The translations under genes and the position numbers were made by a program. A stretch of 64,000 nucleotides of DNA from an uncultured Chloroflexia bacterium (GTDB lineage: Bacteria > Chloroflexota > Limnocylindria > Limnocylindrales > CSP1-4), in contig CAVVCZ010000006.1 in NCBI GenBank assembly GCA_963746845.1, forward strand, positions 192,001 to 256,000. The letters run 5' to 3'. The notes under the pieces were generated by a model. That model was not told the DNA's origin and did not search any database. It worked only from the letters and a program-made list of their open reading frames with translations. This document shows positions 18,766 to 29,577 of the stretch, one piece after another (within the stretch, counting starts at the first letter, position 1; each line of letters opens with the position of its first letter).

Positions 18766-19847
18766 CCGAGGGCGACCGCCACGCCGCCGACGGTGGGCTC
18801 GGCCCGGATCACGTGGCGATCGGCGATCGCCGCCTCCGCGGTCGCCGGGTCCTTGAGCCCCGTCCCGGTCAGCACGCACACGACGATCGCGTCGCGCGGG
18901 ATCGCGCCCTGCGCGGCGAGCCGGGTCACGCCGGCGACGCTGGCCGCCGACGATGGCTCGCAGAAGATCCCTTCCTCCTCGGCCAGCGCGCGCCACGCGG
19001 CGAGGATCTCGTCGTCGGTCACCGCGTCGATCGCGCCGCCGCTCTCGTCCCGGGCCGCGATCGCCTGACGCCAGGACGCGGGGTTGCCGATCCGGATCGC
19101 GGTCGCGACCGTCTCCGGCTCTTCGACCGGACGCCCGAGCACGAGGGGTGCCGCGCCCGCCGCCTGGAACCCGAGCATCCGCGGGGTGCCGGCCACCGCG
19201 CCGGCGGCCGCGTACTCCTTGAACCCGGTCCAGTAGGCGGTGATGTTGCCGGCATTCCCGACCGGGATCGCGAGGACGTCCGGCGCCCGCCCGAGGTCGT
19301 CGCAGATCTCGAACGCGGCGGTCTTCTGACCGTCGAGGCGGAACGGGTTGACCGAGTTGACGAGCGTCACGGGGTGGTCGTCCTGCTCCGCGAGAGCACG
19401 GACGACCCGGAGGGCAGCGTCGAAGTTGCCGTCGACCGCGACGACGCGGGCACCCGCGATCGTCGCCTGGAGGAGCTTGCCCGCGGCGATCTTGCCGGCC
19501 GGCAGGACGACGACGACATCGAGGCCATGGGCGGCGCCGTACGCCGCCGCCGACGCGGAGGTGTTGCCGGTCGAGGCACAGATGATCGCGCGGGCGCCGG
19601 CTTCGACGGCCTTGGCGACCGCGACGACCATCCCGCGATCCTTGAACGAGCCGGTCGGGTTCTGGCCCTCGACCTTGACGTGGAGACGATCGAGACCGAG
19701 ACGGCCGCCGATCCGGCGGAGCCGGACGAGCGGGGTGAAGCCCTCGCCGAGGCTGACCCGGGGCGTCGCGTCCGTGACCGGCAGGAAGGCGAGGTAGCGC
19801 TCCACGAGCGTCGGGCGGGGCCCGCGGAGGGCGGCCGGCGACGTCAT
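18759..19847 (-). CDS. thrC: threonine synthase
   Basis: [41 protein letters not shown]. Confidence 0.95.
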   Translation of the reverse strand: MTSPAALRGPRPTLVERYLAFLPVTDATPRVSLGEGFTPLVRLRRIGGRLGLDRLHVKVEGQNPTGSFKDRGMVVAVAKAVEAGARAIICASTGNTSASAAAYGAAHGLDVVVVLPAGKIAAGKLLQATIAGARVVAVDGNFDAALRVVRALAEQDDHPVTLVNSVNPFRLDGQKTAAFEICDDLGRAPDVLAIPVGNAGNITAYWTGFKEYAAAGAVAGTPRMLGFQAAGAAPLVLGRPVEEPETVATAIRIGNPASWRQAIAARDESGGAIDAVTDDEILAAWRALAEEEGIFCEPSSAASVAGVTRLAAQGAIPRDAIVVCVLTGTGLKDPATAEAAIADRHVIRAEPTVGGVAVALGW

Positions 19848-20902
19848 CGCGCGACGGCCCCCGCGAGGTCGCGCGCCGGCGGCAGGCCGGCCCACGTGCT
19901 CCCGAGCCCACGGGCGATCGCCACGAGGTCGCCGAGCACCGCGCTCGACGTGGCCGGGCCGCCCGCTCCCGGACCGCTGAACGCGACCGTGCCGACCGGC
20001 GTCGCGTCGACCTCGATCCGGTTGAGGACCCCGGCCGTGCGACCGAAGGCGGAGTCGGCGAGGACCGCGGTCGGGAGGACGGACGCGACGATCGCGTCGC
20101 CGTCCCGATGCGCGTCGGCGATGAGCTTGAGGACGCGGCCGGTCGCGCGGGCGGCGGCGATGTCGTCGGGCGCGACGCCGGTGATCCCGGGGGATCGGGC
20201 GCCGGGTCCGCGCTCGGCGATCGTCATGACCGTTGCCGGCGCGATCCACGACCCGAACGCGAGCCGGGCGAGGATCACGAGCTTGTTCACCGCGTCGTGG
20301 CCCTCGACGTCACCCGTCGGGTCGGCCTCCGCGTAGCCGGCGGCCTGGGCATCGGCCAGCACCGACGCGTAGTCGCGGCCCTCGTCGGTCATCGCCGTGA
20401 GGATGTAGTTCGTCGTCCCGTTGACGATCCCGCGGACGGCCGAGATCCGGTTCCCCGCGAGCTCGGAGGCGATCGGGCCGAGGACCGGGATCCCGCCACC
20501 GACCGACGCCTCGAACCGGAGTGCGGTGTCGGTCCGGCGGGCGATCCCCTCCAGCTCGGGGCCGTGATGGGCGATCACGTGCTTGTTGGCAGTGACGACG
20601 GCCTTGCCGGCCGCCATCGACGCGGCGATCAGGGTGTGGGCGGGCTCGTCGCCACCCATCAGCTCGATGACGACGTCCGTGTCGGGCGCGGCAACGAGGT
20701 GGGCCGGGGCATCGGTCAGCAGGTCGGCGGGCAGGCCCGCCGCGCGGGCCCGATCGACGTCGCGGACGGCGATCCCCGCGAGGACCAGGGGCGCGCCGTC
20801 GGACGGAGTGAGCTCGGCCGAGCGGTCCAGCAGCGCGCGGGCCACCTCGCGTCCGACCGTGCCGGCGCCGAGCAGGGCCACCCGGAGCGGCGGAGGGCTC
20901 AT
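19844..20902 (-). CDS. hom: homoserine dehydrogenase (no ACT domain)
   Basis: [53 protein letters not shown]. Confidence 0.93.
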   Translation of the reverse strand: MSPPPLRVALLGAGTVGREVARALLDRSAELTPSDGAPLVLAGIAVRDVDRARAAGLPADLLTDAPAHLVAAPDTDVVIELMGGDEPAHTLIAASMAAGKAVVTANKHVIAHHGPELEGIARRTDTALRFEASVGGGIPVLGPIASELAGNRISAVRGIVNGTTNYILTAMTDEGRDYASVLADAQAAGYAEADPTGDVEGHDAVNKLVILARLAFGSWIAPATVMTIAERGPGARSPGITGVAPDDIAAARATGRVLKLIADAHRDGDAIVASVLPTAVLADSAFGRTAGVLNRIEVDATPVGTVAFSGPGAGGPATSSAVLGDLVAIARGLGSTWAGLPPARDLAGAVAR

Positions 20903-21010
20903 CCGCGCTCTCCGCGCTCGGCTCGTGTCGGCTGCAGCATCCCGCGGAATGGTAGCCGAGCGCGAGCGCGCCCCGAACACCTCGGTGGCCCTCGGCTACA
21001 CTCGCCGCCC

Positions 21011-22036
21011 ATGACGACCGACCTCGCGCCGGCGCCGGCGCCCGCCCTCCAGACGGCCGACGCCCCGCGACCGCGGACGTTCTCCGGCATCCAGCCATCG
21101 GGGATCGTCCACCTCGGCAACGACCTGGGCGCGATCCGCAACTACGTCGCCCTGCAGACGCAGTACGAGGCGATCTACTGCATCGTCGACTACCACGCCC
21201 TCACGAGCACCCACGACCCGGAGCTGCTCCGATCCCGGACCCGCGAGATGGCGGCGGGCCTGCTCGCCCTCGGTCTCGACCCGGAGCGCTGCACGCTGTT
21301 CGTCCAGAGCCACCGGCCCGAGCACACGGAGCTCGCCTGGCTCCTGTGCACGGTGACGCCCGTCAGCTGGCTCGAGCGGACCCCCACGTACAAGGAGAAG
21401 GTCCAGCAGCAGCCGGACGACGTCAACCACGGGCTGCTGACCTACCCGGTTCTCCAGGCGGCGGACATCGTGATCTACAAGGCGTCGCTCGTCCCGGTCG
21501 GGCGCGACCAGGCGGCGCACCTCGAGCTGTCCCGAGAGATCGTGCGCGCCTTCAACCGCCGCTACGGCGACACGTTCCCGGAGCCCCAGGCGGTCTACAC
21601 CGAGGCGCCCGTCGTCCTCGGCACGGACGGCGTGCGGAAGATGAGCAAGTCGCTCGGGAACACGATCGACATCCTCGGCGAGCCCGACCTGATCCGTCGC
21701 CAGGTCATGTCGATGGTCACCGATACCCAGCGGATCAAGCGGACGGATCCGGGCCGACCCGAGGTCTGCAACGTCTGCCAGCTCCAGCGGTTCTTCGGCG
21801 ACGACTACGAGGACCTGTGGGATGGCGAGCGGACCGCCCGGACGGGCTGCGTCGACATGAAGAAGCTGCTGGCCGATCGGATCGTCCGGCGCTACGCGCC
21901 GGCCCGGGAGCGGTACGCGGAGCTCATGGCCCATCCCGCCGAGGTCGACGGGATCCTCGAGTCGGGGGCCGACCGGCTCGCCCCGAAGGCGAGGGCGACG
22001 ATGGACGAGGTGCGCGCGCGCATGGGCCTGCGCTAG
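21011..22036 (+). CDS. trpS: tryptophan--tRNA ligase
   Basis: FSGIQPSG, HLGN (HIGH), YPVLQAADI, VPVGRDQ, KMSKS. Confidence 0.96.
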   Translation: MTTDLAPAPAPALQTADAPRPRTFSGIQPSGIVHLGNDLGAIRNYVALQTQYEAIYCIVDYHALTSTHDPELLRSRTREMAAGLLALGLDPERCTLFVQSHRPEHTELAWLLCTVTPVSWLERTPTYKEKVQQQPDDVNHGLLTYPVLQAADIVIYKASLVPVGRDQAAHLELSREIVRAFNRRYGDTFPEPQAVYTEAPVVLGTDGVRKMSKSLGNTIDILGEPDLIRRQVMSMVTDTQRIKRTDPGRPEVCNVCQLQRFFGDDYEDLWDGERTARTGCVDMKKLLADRIVRRYAPARERYAELMAHPAEVDGILESGADRLAPKARATMDEVRARMGLR

Positions 22037-22154
22037 CCGGTCCAGGACCGCGGATGCAGCCGGGGTGCAGACGCGACGGCTACCATGACCCCCGAGGGAG
22101 GGGCGCCGTCCCTTCCCGAGTGAGCCGTCGCGCGCGCCGAGGTGGAACCCGAGG

Positions 22155-23333
22155 ATGCTGAGCCCGACCGACCGGCAGCAGCGCTGGCTGACGGCCGTCC
22201 TCATCCTCGGCACGGTCGTCCTCGCGATGGTCGCCGTCCAGCTCGCGGCGACGGTCTTCTTTGCCCTCGGCGACGTGATCCTCCTGTTCTTCCTCGCCTG
22301 GCTCCTCGCGTTCATCCTCAGCCCGATCGTGGCCGGACTGACCCGGCTCGTCCCCGTCCTGCCGCGGATCGGGGCGGTCGTCCTGGTCTACGTGACCCTC
22401 GTCGGTGCGATCGTCCTTGTCATCGTCCTCGTCGCGGGCGCGCTCGCCCAGTCGATCGCCTCGTTCATCGCGGGCGTGCCGGACCTCAGGGACCAGCTGC
22501 CGGTGATCCTCGCGCCGTGGCAGGACTGGCTGAAGTCCCTCGGTTTCGACCAGGTCAACCTCGTCGTCCAGGCCCAGAGCTTCCTCGACAACCTCGCGAC
22601 CTACGCGGTCCAGCTCGCCGGGCCCGTGCAGCAGCTCGCGGTCGCGAGCATCGGCGCGCTCGGCAGCGTGCTCCTCGTCCTGATCCTGTCGCTGTACATG
22701 GTGGTCGACCGCGACCAGATCCTGTCGTTCATCTTCCGGATCGTCCCGCCGGCCCGGAAGGACGAGGCCCGACTCCTCGAGCGGAGCGTGTCGCGCTCGT
22801 TCGGCGGCTTCCTGCGCGGCCAGGCGATCCTCGGCGTCACCTATGGCGCGATCGCGGCCCTGACCAGTGCCGTCCTCGGTCTGCCGTTCCTCGCCGTCAC
22901 GAGCGCGACCGCGGGCGTCCTGATGTCGATCCCGTTCTTCGGGCCCTTCGTCGCCTGGGCGCCGCCGGTCATCGTCGCGATCCTCACCCCCGGCGAGCAC
23001 TGGCTGCCGGCCGCGATCCTCATGGGGGTCGGCTGGCTGATCGTCATGAACGTCCTCCAGCCGCGGCTGATGCAGGAGAGCGTCGGCATCCATCCGCTCG
23101 TCGTCCTGGGTTCCGTCCTGATCGGGAGCAAGATCGCGGGGATCACGGGGGCGATCTTCGGGATCCCGATCGCGGCCGTTCTGTCGGCCTTCTTCTTCTA
23201 CTACCTCGCTCTGACCCGCGAGCCGACCCAGGTCACCGCCCGCGCCGCCGCCCGGGTCGAGGCGCGCGAGGGCCGCAAGGTCCGGATCCCGAGCGAGCCC
23301 GTGCCCGGCATCGATCCCGACGTCACCGCCTGA
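22155..23333 (+). CDS. AI-2E family transporter
   Basis: Multi-TM protein; GGFLRGQ, IPFFGP, NVLQPRLM...GIHPL...GAIFGIPIAA. Confidence 0.9.
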   Translation: MLSPTDRQQRWLTAVLILGTVVLAMVAVQLAATVFFALGDVILLFFLAWLLAFILSPIVAGLTRLVPVLPRIGAVVLVYVTLVGAIVLVIVLVAGALAQSIASFIAGVPDLRDQLPVILAPWQDWLKSLGFDQVNLVVQAQSFLDNLATYAVQLAGPVQQLAVASIGALGSVLLVLILSLYMVVDRDQILSFIFRIVPPARKDEARLLERSVSRSFGGFLRGQAILGVTYGAIAALTSAVLGLPFLAVTSATAGVLMSIPFFGPFVAWAPPVIVAILTPGEHWLPAAILMGVGWLIVMNVLQPRLMQESVGIHPLVVLGSVLIGSKIAGITGAIFGIPIAAVLSAFFFYYLALTREPTQVTARAAARVEAREGRKVRIPSEPVPGIDPDVTA

Positions 23334-23337
23334 GCCC

Positions 23338-24342
23338 GTGCCGGACGACGACGCGACACCGGCGGGAGATGGCCGGCCGGACATGACCCGCGAACGGGCG
23401 CGGACGGAGCGGCGCGACCTCGACAAGGAGCGCGGCGAGCCGGTCGCGGGCGGGGTCGAGGGCGGCGTCGCGCGCGGCGGGCCCCGCGCCCTCCGCCCCA
23501 CCGCCGGGCCGCTCCGCGACTGGTCGACGCGGCCGAAGATCCTCATCACGAACGACGATGGTGTCGAGTCGCGAGGCCTGCTCGCCCTCAAGCAGGCGCT
23601 GGATCCGATCGGCGACACCACCGTGGTCGCCCCGGACACGAACCAGAGCGCGGTCGGCCACACGAAGACCCTGATGCGGCCGCTCCGGATCCGGGAACGA
23701 ACGCTCGGCGACGGCTCGATCGCGTACTCCGTGGACGGCAGCCCGACCGATGCGGTGAGCATCGCCTTCCTCGGCTATTTCGGTCACGGGTTCGACCTCG
23801 TGGCCTCGGGGATCAACTACGGCGCGAATCTCGGCGACGACATCACCTACTCGGGCACCGTCAGCGCCGCGATGGAGGCGGTGATCAACAGCTGCCCGGC
23901 CTTCGCGATCAGCCAGGAGTATTACGAGCACCCGGACTTCGTCCTCGCCGCGGCCGCGGCGACGATCGTGGCCCGGAACATCCTCGAGCACGGCCTCTCG
24001 CGCGGGGAGCTGATCAACGTCAACGTCCCCGCCGTGAGCATCGAGGAGTGCGAGGGCATCGAGGTCACCCGCCTCGGCCGGCGCGTGTACCAGGATCAGC
24101 TCGTCGAGCGGCTCGATCCGCGCGGGATCCCCTATTTCTGGATTGGCGGCCCGCCGCCCTCGGGCCTCGCGGTCGTCGGCACGGACTTCCACGCGGTCGT
24201 CCATCGCCGGATCGCGATCACCCCGATCCACCTCGACCTGACCGGCCGGTCCCTCCTCCGCCGGCTGAAGACCTGGTCGTGGCCGCAGCCGACCGCGGAA
24301 GGCGAGGGCGACGGCCAGCGACGACAGATCGATCCCGGTTGA
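23338..24342 (+). CDS. surE: 5'/3'-nucleotidase SurE (start uncertain; alternative ATG 23383)
   Basis: ILITNDDG, VDGSPTD, SGINYGANLG, YSGTVSAAME. Confidence 0.93.
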   Translation: MPDDDATPAGDGRPDMTRERARTERRDLDKERGEPVAGGVEGGVARGGPRALRPTAGPLRDWSTRPKILITNDDGVESRGLLALKQALDPIGDTTVVAPDTNQSAVGHTKTLMRPLRIRERTLGDGSIAYSVDGSPTDAVSIAFLGYFGHGFDLVASGINYGANLGDDITYSGTVSAAMEAVINSCPAFAISQEYYEHPDFVLAAAAATIVARNILEHGLSRGELINVNVPAVSIEECEGIEVTRLGRRVYQDQLVERLDPRGIPYFWIGGPPPSGLAVVGTDFHAVVHRRIAITPIHLDLTGRSLLRRLKTWSWPQPTAEGEGDGQRRQIDPG

Positions 24343-24388
24343 TCACAATGGCCCGACGAGCGCCGCACGCACCACAGGGGGACGGGCC

Positions 24389-24835
24389 ATGGACTTCTCG
24401 AATCTCGTCAGCGGTCTCACCGGGGGCGCCGGCACCGACATGATCGACCCGACCGCCGCCGTCGCCAGCGTCCAGCAGCTGATCGACGACTCAGGCGGTG
24501 TCGATGGCCTGCTCAAGAAGCTCGAAGACGGCGGCCTCGGCGAGCAGGCGAAGTCGTGGGTGTCGACGGGCGAGAACCAGCCGGTCGAGCCGGAGCAGCT
24601 GGCCAATGCCCTCGGTCCGGAGACCGTGAACAAGCTGTCCGCGACGTCCGGCCTGTCGGTCCAGAGCCTGCTGCCGCTCCTCGCGATGTTCCTGCCGATG
24701 CTGATCAACCACCTCACGCCGAACGGGCAGAAGCCCCAGCCCGGGAGCGCGCAGAACCAGCCGGACATCGGCGGGATGCTCGGCGGGCTGCTCGGCGCGG
24801 GCGGGCTCGGGAGCATCCTCGGCGGCGGCCAGTAG
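24389..24835 (+). CDS. YidB/DUF937 family protein
   Basis: GGLGEQAKSWVSTGENQPV, INHLTPNG. Confidence 0.85.
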   Translation: MDFSNLVSGLTGGAGTDMIDPTAAVASVQQLIDDSGGVDGLLKKLEDGGLGEQAKSWVSTGENQPVEPEQLANALGPETVNKLSATSGLSVQSLLPLLAMFLPMLINHLTPNGQKPQPGSAQNQPDIGGMLGGLLGAGGLGSILGGGQ

Positions 24836-24917
24836 CCGCTCCCCACCGTCGAATGTCGTAGACCGTCGGCGTCGTCCGACGGCTGACCGGGCGGCGACGC
24901 GCGGCGACGATCCGGGC

Positions 24918-25490
24918 ATGGATCAGGACGCGTCCATTGTCGCCGCCACGGCCCGGGTCTCCCGCCTGCTCGAGACCGAGCCGGTGGTCTGGCTCAGCAC
25001 GGTCCGGCCGGACGGGCTGCCCCACCTCGTCCCGATCTGGTTCAGCTGGGACGGCGAGACCGTCCTGATCGCGAGCAAGCCGCACGCCCGCAAGGTCGCG
25101 AACCTGCGCCTGAACCCGCGCGTGATGCTCGCGCTCGGCGAGCCCGAGGAGGACTTCGACGTCGGCCTGCTAGAGGGCGTCGCCGAGATCCTCGATGCGC
25201 CCGCCTCCGAGGCGCTCCCCGCCGAGCACCTCCGCAAGTACCGCGACGAGATGGCGGCGATCGGCCTCGACCGCGACGAGTTCCTCGCGACCTACTCGCT
25301 GGTGATCCGGATCCGGCCGACCCGGTTCTTCCCGTGGCACGGTCGGACGACCCCCGCGAGCGCGGGGCCCGGCTGGACGCGCGCCGATCGCCGGCTCCAG
25401 GCGGCCGTTCGCCGCGTCGCCGCGGCGGTCGCAGGTGAGAGCACGTTGGCCCCGGGACCGATCAAGCTCCGCACCGCTCCGATCGGCTGA
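24918..25490 (+). CDS. pyridoxamine 5'-phosphate oxidase-like (PPOX class, possibly F420-dependent) protein
   Basis: VWLSTVRPDGLPHLVPIWF, KVANLRLNPRV. Confidence 0.85.
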   Translation: MDQDASIVAATARVSRLLETEPVVWLSTVRPDGLPHLVPIWFSWDGETVLIASKPHARKVANLRLNPRVMLALGEPEEDFDVGLLEGVAEILDAPASEALPAEHLRKYRDEMAAIGLDRDEFLATYSLVIRIRPTRFFPWHGRTTPASAGPGWTRADRRLQAAVRRVAAAVAGESTLAPGPIKLRTAPIG

Positions 25491-25509
25491 GTGTCCACCA
25501 GCCGACGAC

Positions 25510-27117
25510 CTAGCGTCGGCGCTTCAGGACCGACAGGATCTCGCGGGCCGCGTTCTGACCGGGGCCGCCGGTGATCCCGCCGCCCGGATGGGCGCCGGAG
25601 CCGCACAGGTAGAGCCCACCGACCGGCAGCCGGTACCGGCCGCTGCCGAGGAACGGCCGCCAGACGAACCACTGGTCGAGCGTCTGCTCGCCGTGAAGTG
25701 GGTGGCCGCCGGTCAGGCCGTAGTCGCGCTCCAGGTCGAGCGGGGTGATCACCTCGCGGGCCCTGACGCTCGCGGTCAGACCCGGCGCGAGCCCGTCGAG
25801 CACGCCGACGACCCGGTCGGCGAACGCATCGGCACGGCCACCCTCGTCCCAGGCGCTGTCGCGCAGCCGCGCCGGGGCGTACTGCGCGAGGACGCTCATC
25901 ACGTGCGTCCCGTCCGGGGCACCGTCCACGAGCGACGGGTCGACGAGGGACGGGATCGTCGCCTCGAGGATCGGCGTGTCCGACGTCCGGCCGTATTTCG
26001 CGGCATCGAACGCCCGCTCGATCGGGTCGATCCCGGGCGCCGCCAGGATCCGGCCGCGGAGGAGCTGGGCGTCGTCGCCGGTCGCGGCGGTGAACCGCGG
26101 CAGCCGATCGAGCACGAGGTTGACCTTCGCGACGACACCCGGCGTCCGGTAGTTGCCGGCGCGCCAGCGCATCGACGGGCCGAGCGTCACCGGATCGACG
26201 AGGTCCACGAGCGTCCGCTTCGGATCCAGCCCGGAGATCACGGTTGAGGCTTCGATCTCCTCGCCGGAGGCGAGGGCGACGCCGGTGACCCGGTCGTCGC
26301 GGGCGACGACCGAGACGACATCCGCACCACACCGGATCTCGCCGCCCGCCGCCCGGACCGCGGCCGCCAGTGCCTCCGACAGCGCGCCCGGTCCGCCGAT
26401 CGCGAACACGGTCTGGCCGGCGGCGCCGCCGTCGGTCCCGGCCGAATCGCCGAGCAGGATCGCCGTCGATCCGGCCGACCACGGCCCGAGGAACGAGTGC
26501 CGGACGCCGCGCCACGCCACCGCCGCCCGCAGCGCGTCCGTCTCGAATGCCTCCGCGACGAAGTCCGCGACGGCCATCGGCAGGACGCGCAGGATCGTGT
26601 GCGAGTCGTGCCTGCCGAGGCCGCGGAACGTCCGGCCGATCTTCAGGCCGGCGAGGGCGTCGCCGAGACCGGGCGACTTGATGTCGGGCGGCGTCTGGCC
26701 GGCGAGCTCGGCGAGGAACGAGCCGAGCGAGCGGACCAGCCGGTCGAAGCCGGGCCACGCGTCGGCGTCGGCGGCGCTCCACGACCGGAGACCCTCGACC
26801 GTGCGGGCCTGGTCGGCCCACAGGGTGATGGCGCGGCCATCGGGCTGCGGCGCGAACACGCGGACGTCCGGCGCGACGAGCCGAAGGCCGTGGGTGCGGA
26901 GATCCAGGTCGCGGACCACCGAGGGCCGGATCCGCCCGACCGTGTCCGCGAGCCGCGGGATCCGGACGCCGCCGAGCTCGGTCGTCTCGGCCGCCCCGCC
27001 GACGTGGTCGCGCCGCTCGAGGACGAGGACCCGCCGGCCGGCCCGTGCGAGGTACGCGGCGGTGACGAGGCCGTTGTGGCCGCCGCCGATGACGACCGCG
27101 TCACGCGTCGCAGCCAT
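25510..27117 (-). CDS. phytoene desaturase-like NAD(P)/FAD oxidoreductase (paralogue B)
   Basis: VIGGGHNGLVTAAYLARAG, TPLDLER, YLCGSGAHPGGGITG. Confidence 0.88.
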   Translation of the reverse strand: MAATRDAVVIGGGHNGLVTAAYLARAGRRVLVLERRDHVGGAAETTELGGVRIPRLADTVGRIRPSVVRDLDLRTHGLRLVAPDVRVFAPQPDGRAITLWADQARTVEGLRSWSAADADAWPGFDRLVRSLGSFLAELAGQTPPDIKSPGLGDALAGLKIGRTFRGLGRHDSHTILRVLPMAVADFVAEAFETDALRAAVAWRGVRHSFLGPWSAGSTAILLGDSAGTDGGAAGQTVFAIGGPGALSEALAAAVRAAGGEIRCGADVVSVVARDDRVTGVALASGEEIEASTVISGLDPKRTLVDLVDPVTLGPSMRWRAGNYRTPGVVAKVNLVLDRLPRFTAATGDDAQLLRGRILAAPGIDPIERAFDAAKYGRTSDTPILEATIPSLVDPSLVDGAPDGTHVMSVLAQYAPARLRDSAWDEGGRADAFADRVVGVLDGLAPGLTASVRAREVITPLDLERDYGLTGGHPLHGEQTLDQWFVWRPFLGSGRYRLPVGGLYLCGSGAHPGGGITGGPGQNAAREILSVLKRRR

Positions 27118-28754
27118 CAGGCCGCTCGCCGGCCCATCGACCGGAGCACCTCGAGCGCCGCGATCCGGCCGTTCGCGCCCATGATCCCGCCGCCCGGATG
27201 GGTCGAGGAGCCGCACAGCCAGAGGTCGCGGACGGGCGTTCGGAAGCGGGCGTACCCGGGCGTCGGCCGGTTGAAGAACAGCTGCTCGAGGGTCAGCTCG
27301 CCCTGGAAGATGTTGCCCTCGGTCAGCCCGGTCGTCCGTTCGATGTCGAGCGGCGTCTGGACGTTCCGGAACAGGATCGTGTCCGTGATGTTCGGCGCGA
27401 ACTCGGCGATCCGGTTGACGACCGCGTCGCCGAACGCCTCGCGCTGGTCGTCCCACGTCCCGAGCTCCGGCACGAGGTGGTACGGCGCGTACTGGACGAA
27501 GCAGCTGATGACGTGCTTGCCGGGCGGGGCCATCGTCGGGTCGACGAGGGTCGGGATGATCATGTCGATGTACGGCTTCGCGCTGAACCGACCGTACTTC
27601 GCGTCGTCGTAGGCCTGCTCCATCTCGTCGACGGACGGGCTGAAGGAGATCGCGCCGCGGAGGTGCTCGCCGGTTCCCGGGAGGCACGAGAAGTCGGGCA
27701 GCCGGTCGACCGCGAGGTTGACCTTGCCGGACGACCCGCGGAACTTGAACCGGCGAACCTCCTCCTCGAACTCCGCGTCCAGCGTGCCCGGCTCGAGGAA
27801 CGACAGGTACGTCCGCCGCGCGTCGACCGAGGAGAGGATCACGTCGGCGCGGATCTCCTCGCCCGTGCCGGCCAGGACGACACCCGTCGCCTTGCCCCCG
27901 CCGCGGCCGCGGTCGACCAGCACCCGCTCGACGGTCGCCTCCGTCCGGATCTCCGCACCGAGCGCCCGCGCCGCGTCGCCGATCGCGTTCGACACGCCGC
28001 CGGTCCCGCCCTTCGGGATCCCCCACGCGCGGAACGCCCCGTCGATCTCGCCCATGTAGTGATGGAGCAGCACGTAGGCCGTGCCGGGCGAGCGGACCCC
28101 GAGATACGTCCCGATGATCCCCGACGCGCTCATCGTCGCCTTCAGCGGGTCCGTCTCGAACCACTGGTCGAGGAAGTCCGCCGCACTCATCGTCATCAGC
28201 TGAACGAACACCGCCTGCTGTCGCTCCGGCAGCTGCTGGAAGGTCCGGAGCAGCCCGCCGAGCGGGAGGAGCGGGCGCGGGTCAAGGGACGTCAGGTCCG
28301 GCGGAGTGATGGCCAGGATCGGCTTGATGAACCGGGCCATCTCGACCATCAGCTGGCCGTATTCCTCGTACGCCTCCGCGTCCGTCGCGGACCAGCGCCG
28401 GAGCTCGCGGATCGTCCGACCGTGGTCGTTGACCCGCCACAGGTAGTCGCCGCCGCCCTTCGCCGGGCCATCACCGCGGCGCAGTGGGGTGAATGTGCCG
28501 TCGAGCGGGAGGATGTCGAGGCCGTGCCGCGGCAGCTCGAGGTCCCGGATGATCTCGGGCCGGAGGAGCGACACGACGTAGCTGAAGACGCTGAACCGGA
28601 AGCCCGGGAACAGCTCCTCCGTGACCGCGGCGCCGCCGAGCACGTGGCGCTGCTCGAGCACAAGCGTCTTCAGCCCGGCCCGGGCCAGGTACGCGGCGCT
28701 GACGAGGCCGTTGTGCCCGCCGCCGATGATCACCGCGTCGTAGCGCTGGGCCAC
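27117..28754 (-). CDS. phytoene desaturase-like NAD(P)/FAD oxidoreductase (paralogue A, PYROXD2-like)
   Basis: IIGGGHNGLVSAAYLARAG, GGAAVTEE, PGTAYVLLHH, GNIFQGEL, HPGGGIMG; RBS aaggag before GTG. Confidence 0.9.
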   Translation of the reverse strand: MAQRYDAVIIGGGHNGLVSAAYLARAGLKTLVLEQRHVLGGAAVTEELFPGFRFSVFSYVVSLLRPEIIRDLELPRHGLDILPLDGTFTPLRRGDGPAKGGGDYLWRVNDHGRTIRELRRWSATDAEAYEEYGQLMVEMARFIKPILAITPPDLTSLDPRPLLPLGGLLRTFQQLPERQQAVFVQLMTMSAADFLDQWFETDPLKATMSASGIIGTYLGVRSPGTAYVLLHHYMGEIDGAFRAWGIPKGGTGGVSNAIGDAARALGAEIRTEATVERVLVDRGRGGGKATGVVLAGTGEEIRADVILSSVDARRTYLSFLEPGTLDAEFEEEVRRFKFRGSSGKVNLAVDRLPDFSCLPGTGEHLRGAISFSPSVDEMEQAYDDAKYGRFSAKPYIDMIIPTLVDPTMAPPGKHVISCFVQYAPYHLVPELGTWDDQREAFGDAVVNRIAEFAPNITDTILFRNVQTPLDIERTTGLTEGNIFQGELTLEQLFFNRPTPGYARFRTPVRDLWLCGSSTHPGGGIMGANGRIAALEVLRSMGRRAA

Positions 28755-28819
28755 TCTGTTCTCCTTGGTCGGACGCCACTGTAGCGGACCGCAGGTCGGG
28801 CTCGGGGCCGACCGATTCC

Positions 28820-28985
28820 CCGACTTCTCACCCTGTGAACACGCCGAGGACCGTCGCGGGCCACGGGCGCGGATTTCGTGCGTGGACGGCCGCGGATCGA
28901 CGCTTTGGATCCGCCAGATGACGCGTGAAGGGAGAATCCGGCGACGATTCCTTGGGGGGTGATCTTCCGGTGAGAATCCGGTGGT
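28820..28985. repeat. solo, divergent relative of the 15.4/16.3-kb repeat unit
   Basis: ccgacttctcaccctgtgaacacg resembles ccgtcttcccaacccgtgaacacg (15381); terminal IR ttctcacc (28825) / ggtgagaa (28969); ends aatccggtg. Confidence 0.5.
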
Positions 28986-29049
28986 CCGCCAGGTCGGACC
29001 CGTCGGTGCAGGAGGACACGCACCCATCTCTGATGAGCACCATGGACAT

Positions 29050-29508
29050 GTGTCAGGACGACCGCGGCATGCGCACTCGCCATGGCGACACGCTCTGGCC
29101 GCGATGACTGTTGTCGCCGCGATCTCGGGAGGTTGCGTGGGCCTGGCGCCCGGCCCGCCCGCAATCGGATCCGTCGGGCCGACGACCTCGCCGGCGGCGC
29201 TTCCTTCAAGCTTGATGGACGCCGCCATGGCTACGCATCTGGCCAGAGAGCACGTCCAGACGACGGCAGTCGCGCAATCGGCGCGCGCCGACTTCTACGC
29301 GGCGCTGATCGGCGGGATCCAGGGTCGGCCCGATCTCGAGGTCAGCCCCGATCGTGCCGTGTGGGCCGTCACCTTCTCCGACACGTTCGCCATCTGCCCA
29401 CCGAATGGCGGTCCCTGCTTCTCTCCGCGGCCGGGCACGGTCACAGTCCTGCTGGACTACGTCTCGGGCGAGTTCATCACTTCGAGTACCTTTGCCCCTG
29501 CGCCCTGA
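29050..29508 (+). CDS. putative secreted lipoprotein (start uncertain: 29050 or 29104)
   Basis: Hydrophobic signal ending ISGGC; C-terminal AVWAVTF...CPPNGGPC...VLLDYVSGEFI. Confidence 0.6.
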   Translation: MSGRPRHAHSPWRHALAAMTVVAAISGGCVGLAPGPPAIGSVGPTTSPAALPSSLMDAAMATHLAREHVQTTAVAQSARADFYAALIGGIQGRPDLEVSPDRAVWAVTFSDTFAICPPNGGPCFSPRPGTVTVLLDYVSGEFITSSTFAPAP

Positions 29509-29577
29509 TCGAGCCCACTGCTGCCTCGATCCCCTGGGGTCGCCTGCTTGGGTACGTGTCCCACGTGAGGCCCTGAG

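Noticed and set aside
21760-21860. [4Fe-4S]-binding TrpRS
   Set aside because: The Cys spacing does not match the complete four-Cys motif.
25510-28754. Carotenoid biosynthesis (crtI) assignment
   Set aside because: No crtB/crtE context, and the motifs fit the broader PYROXD2-like family.
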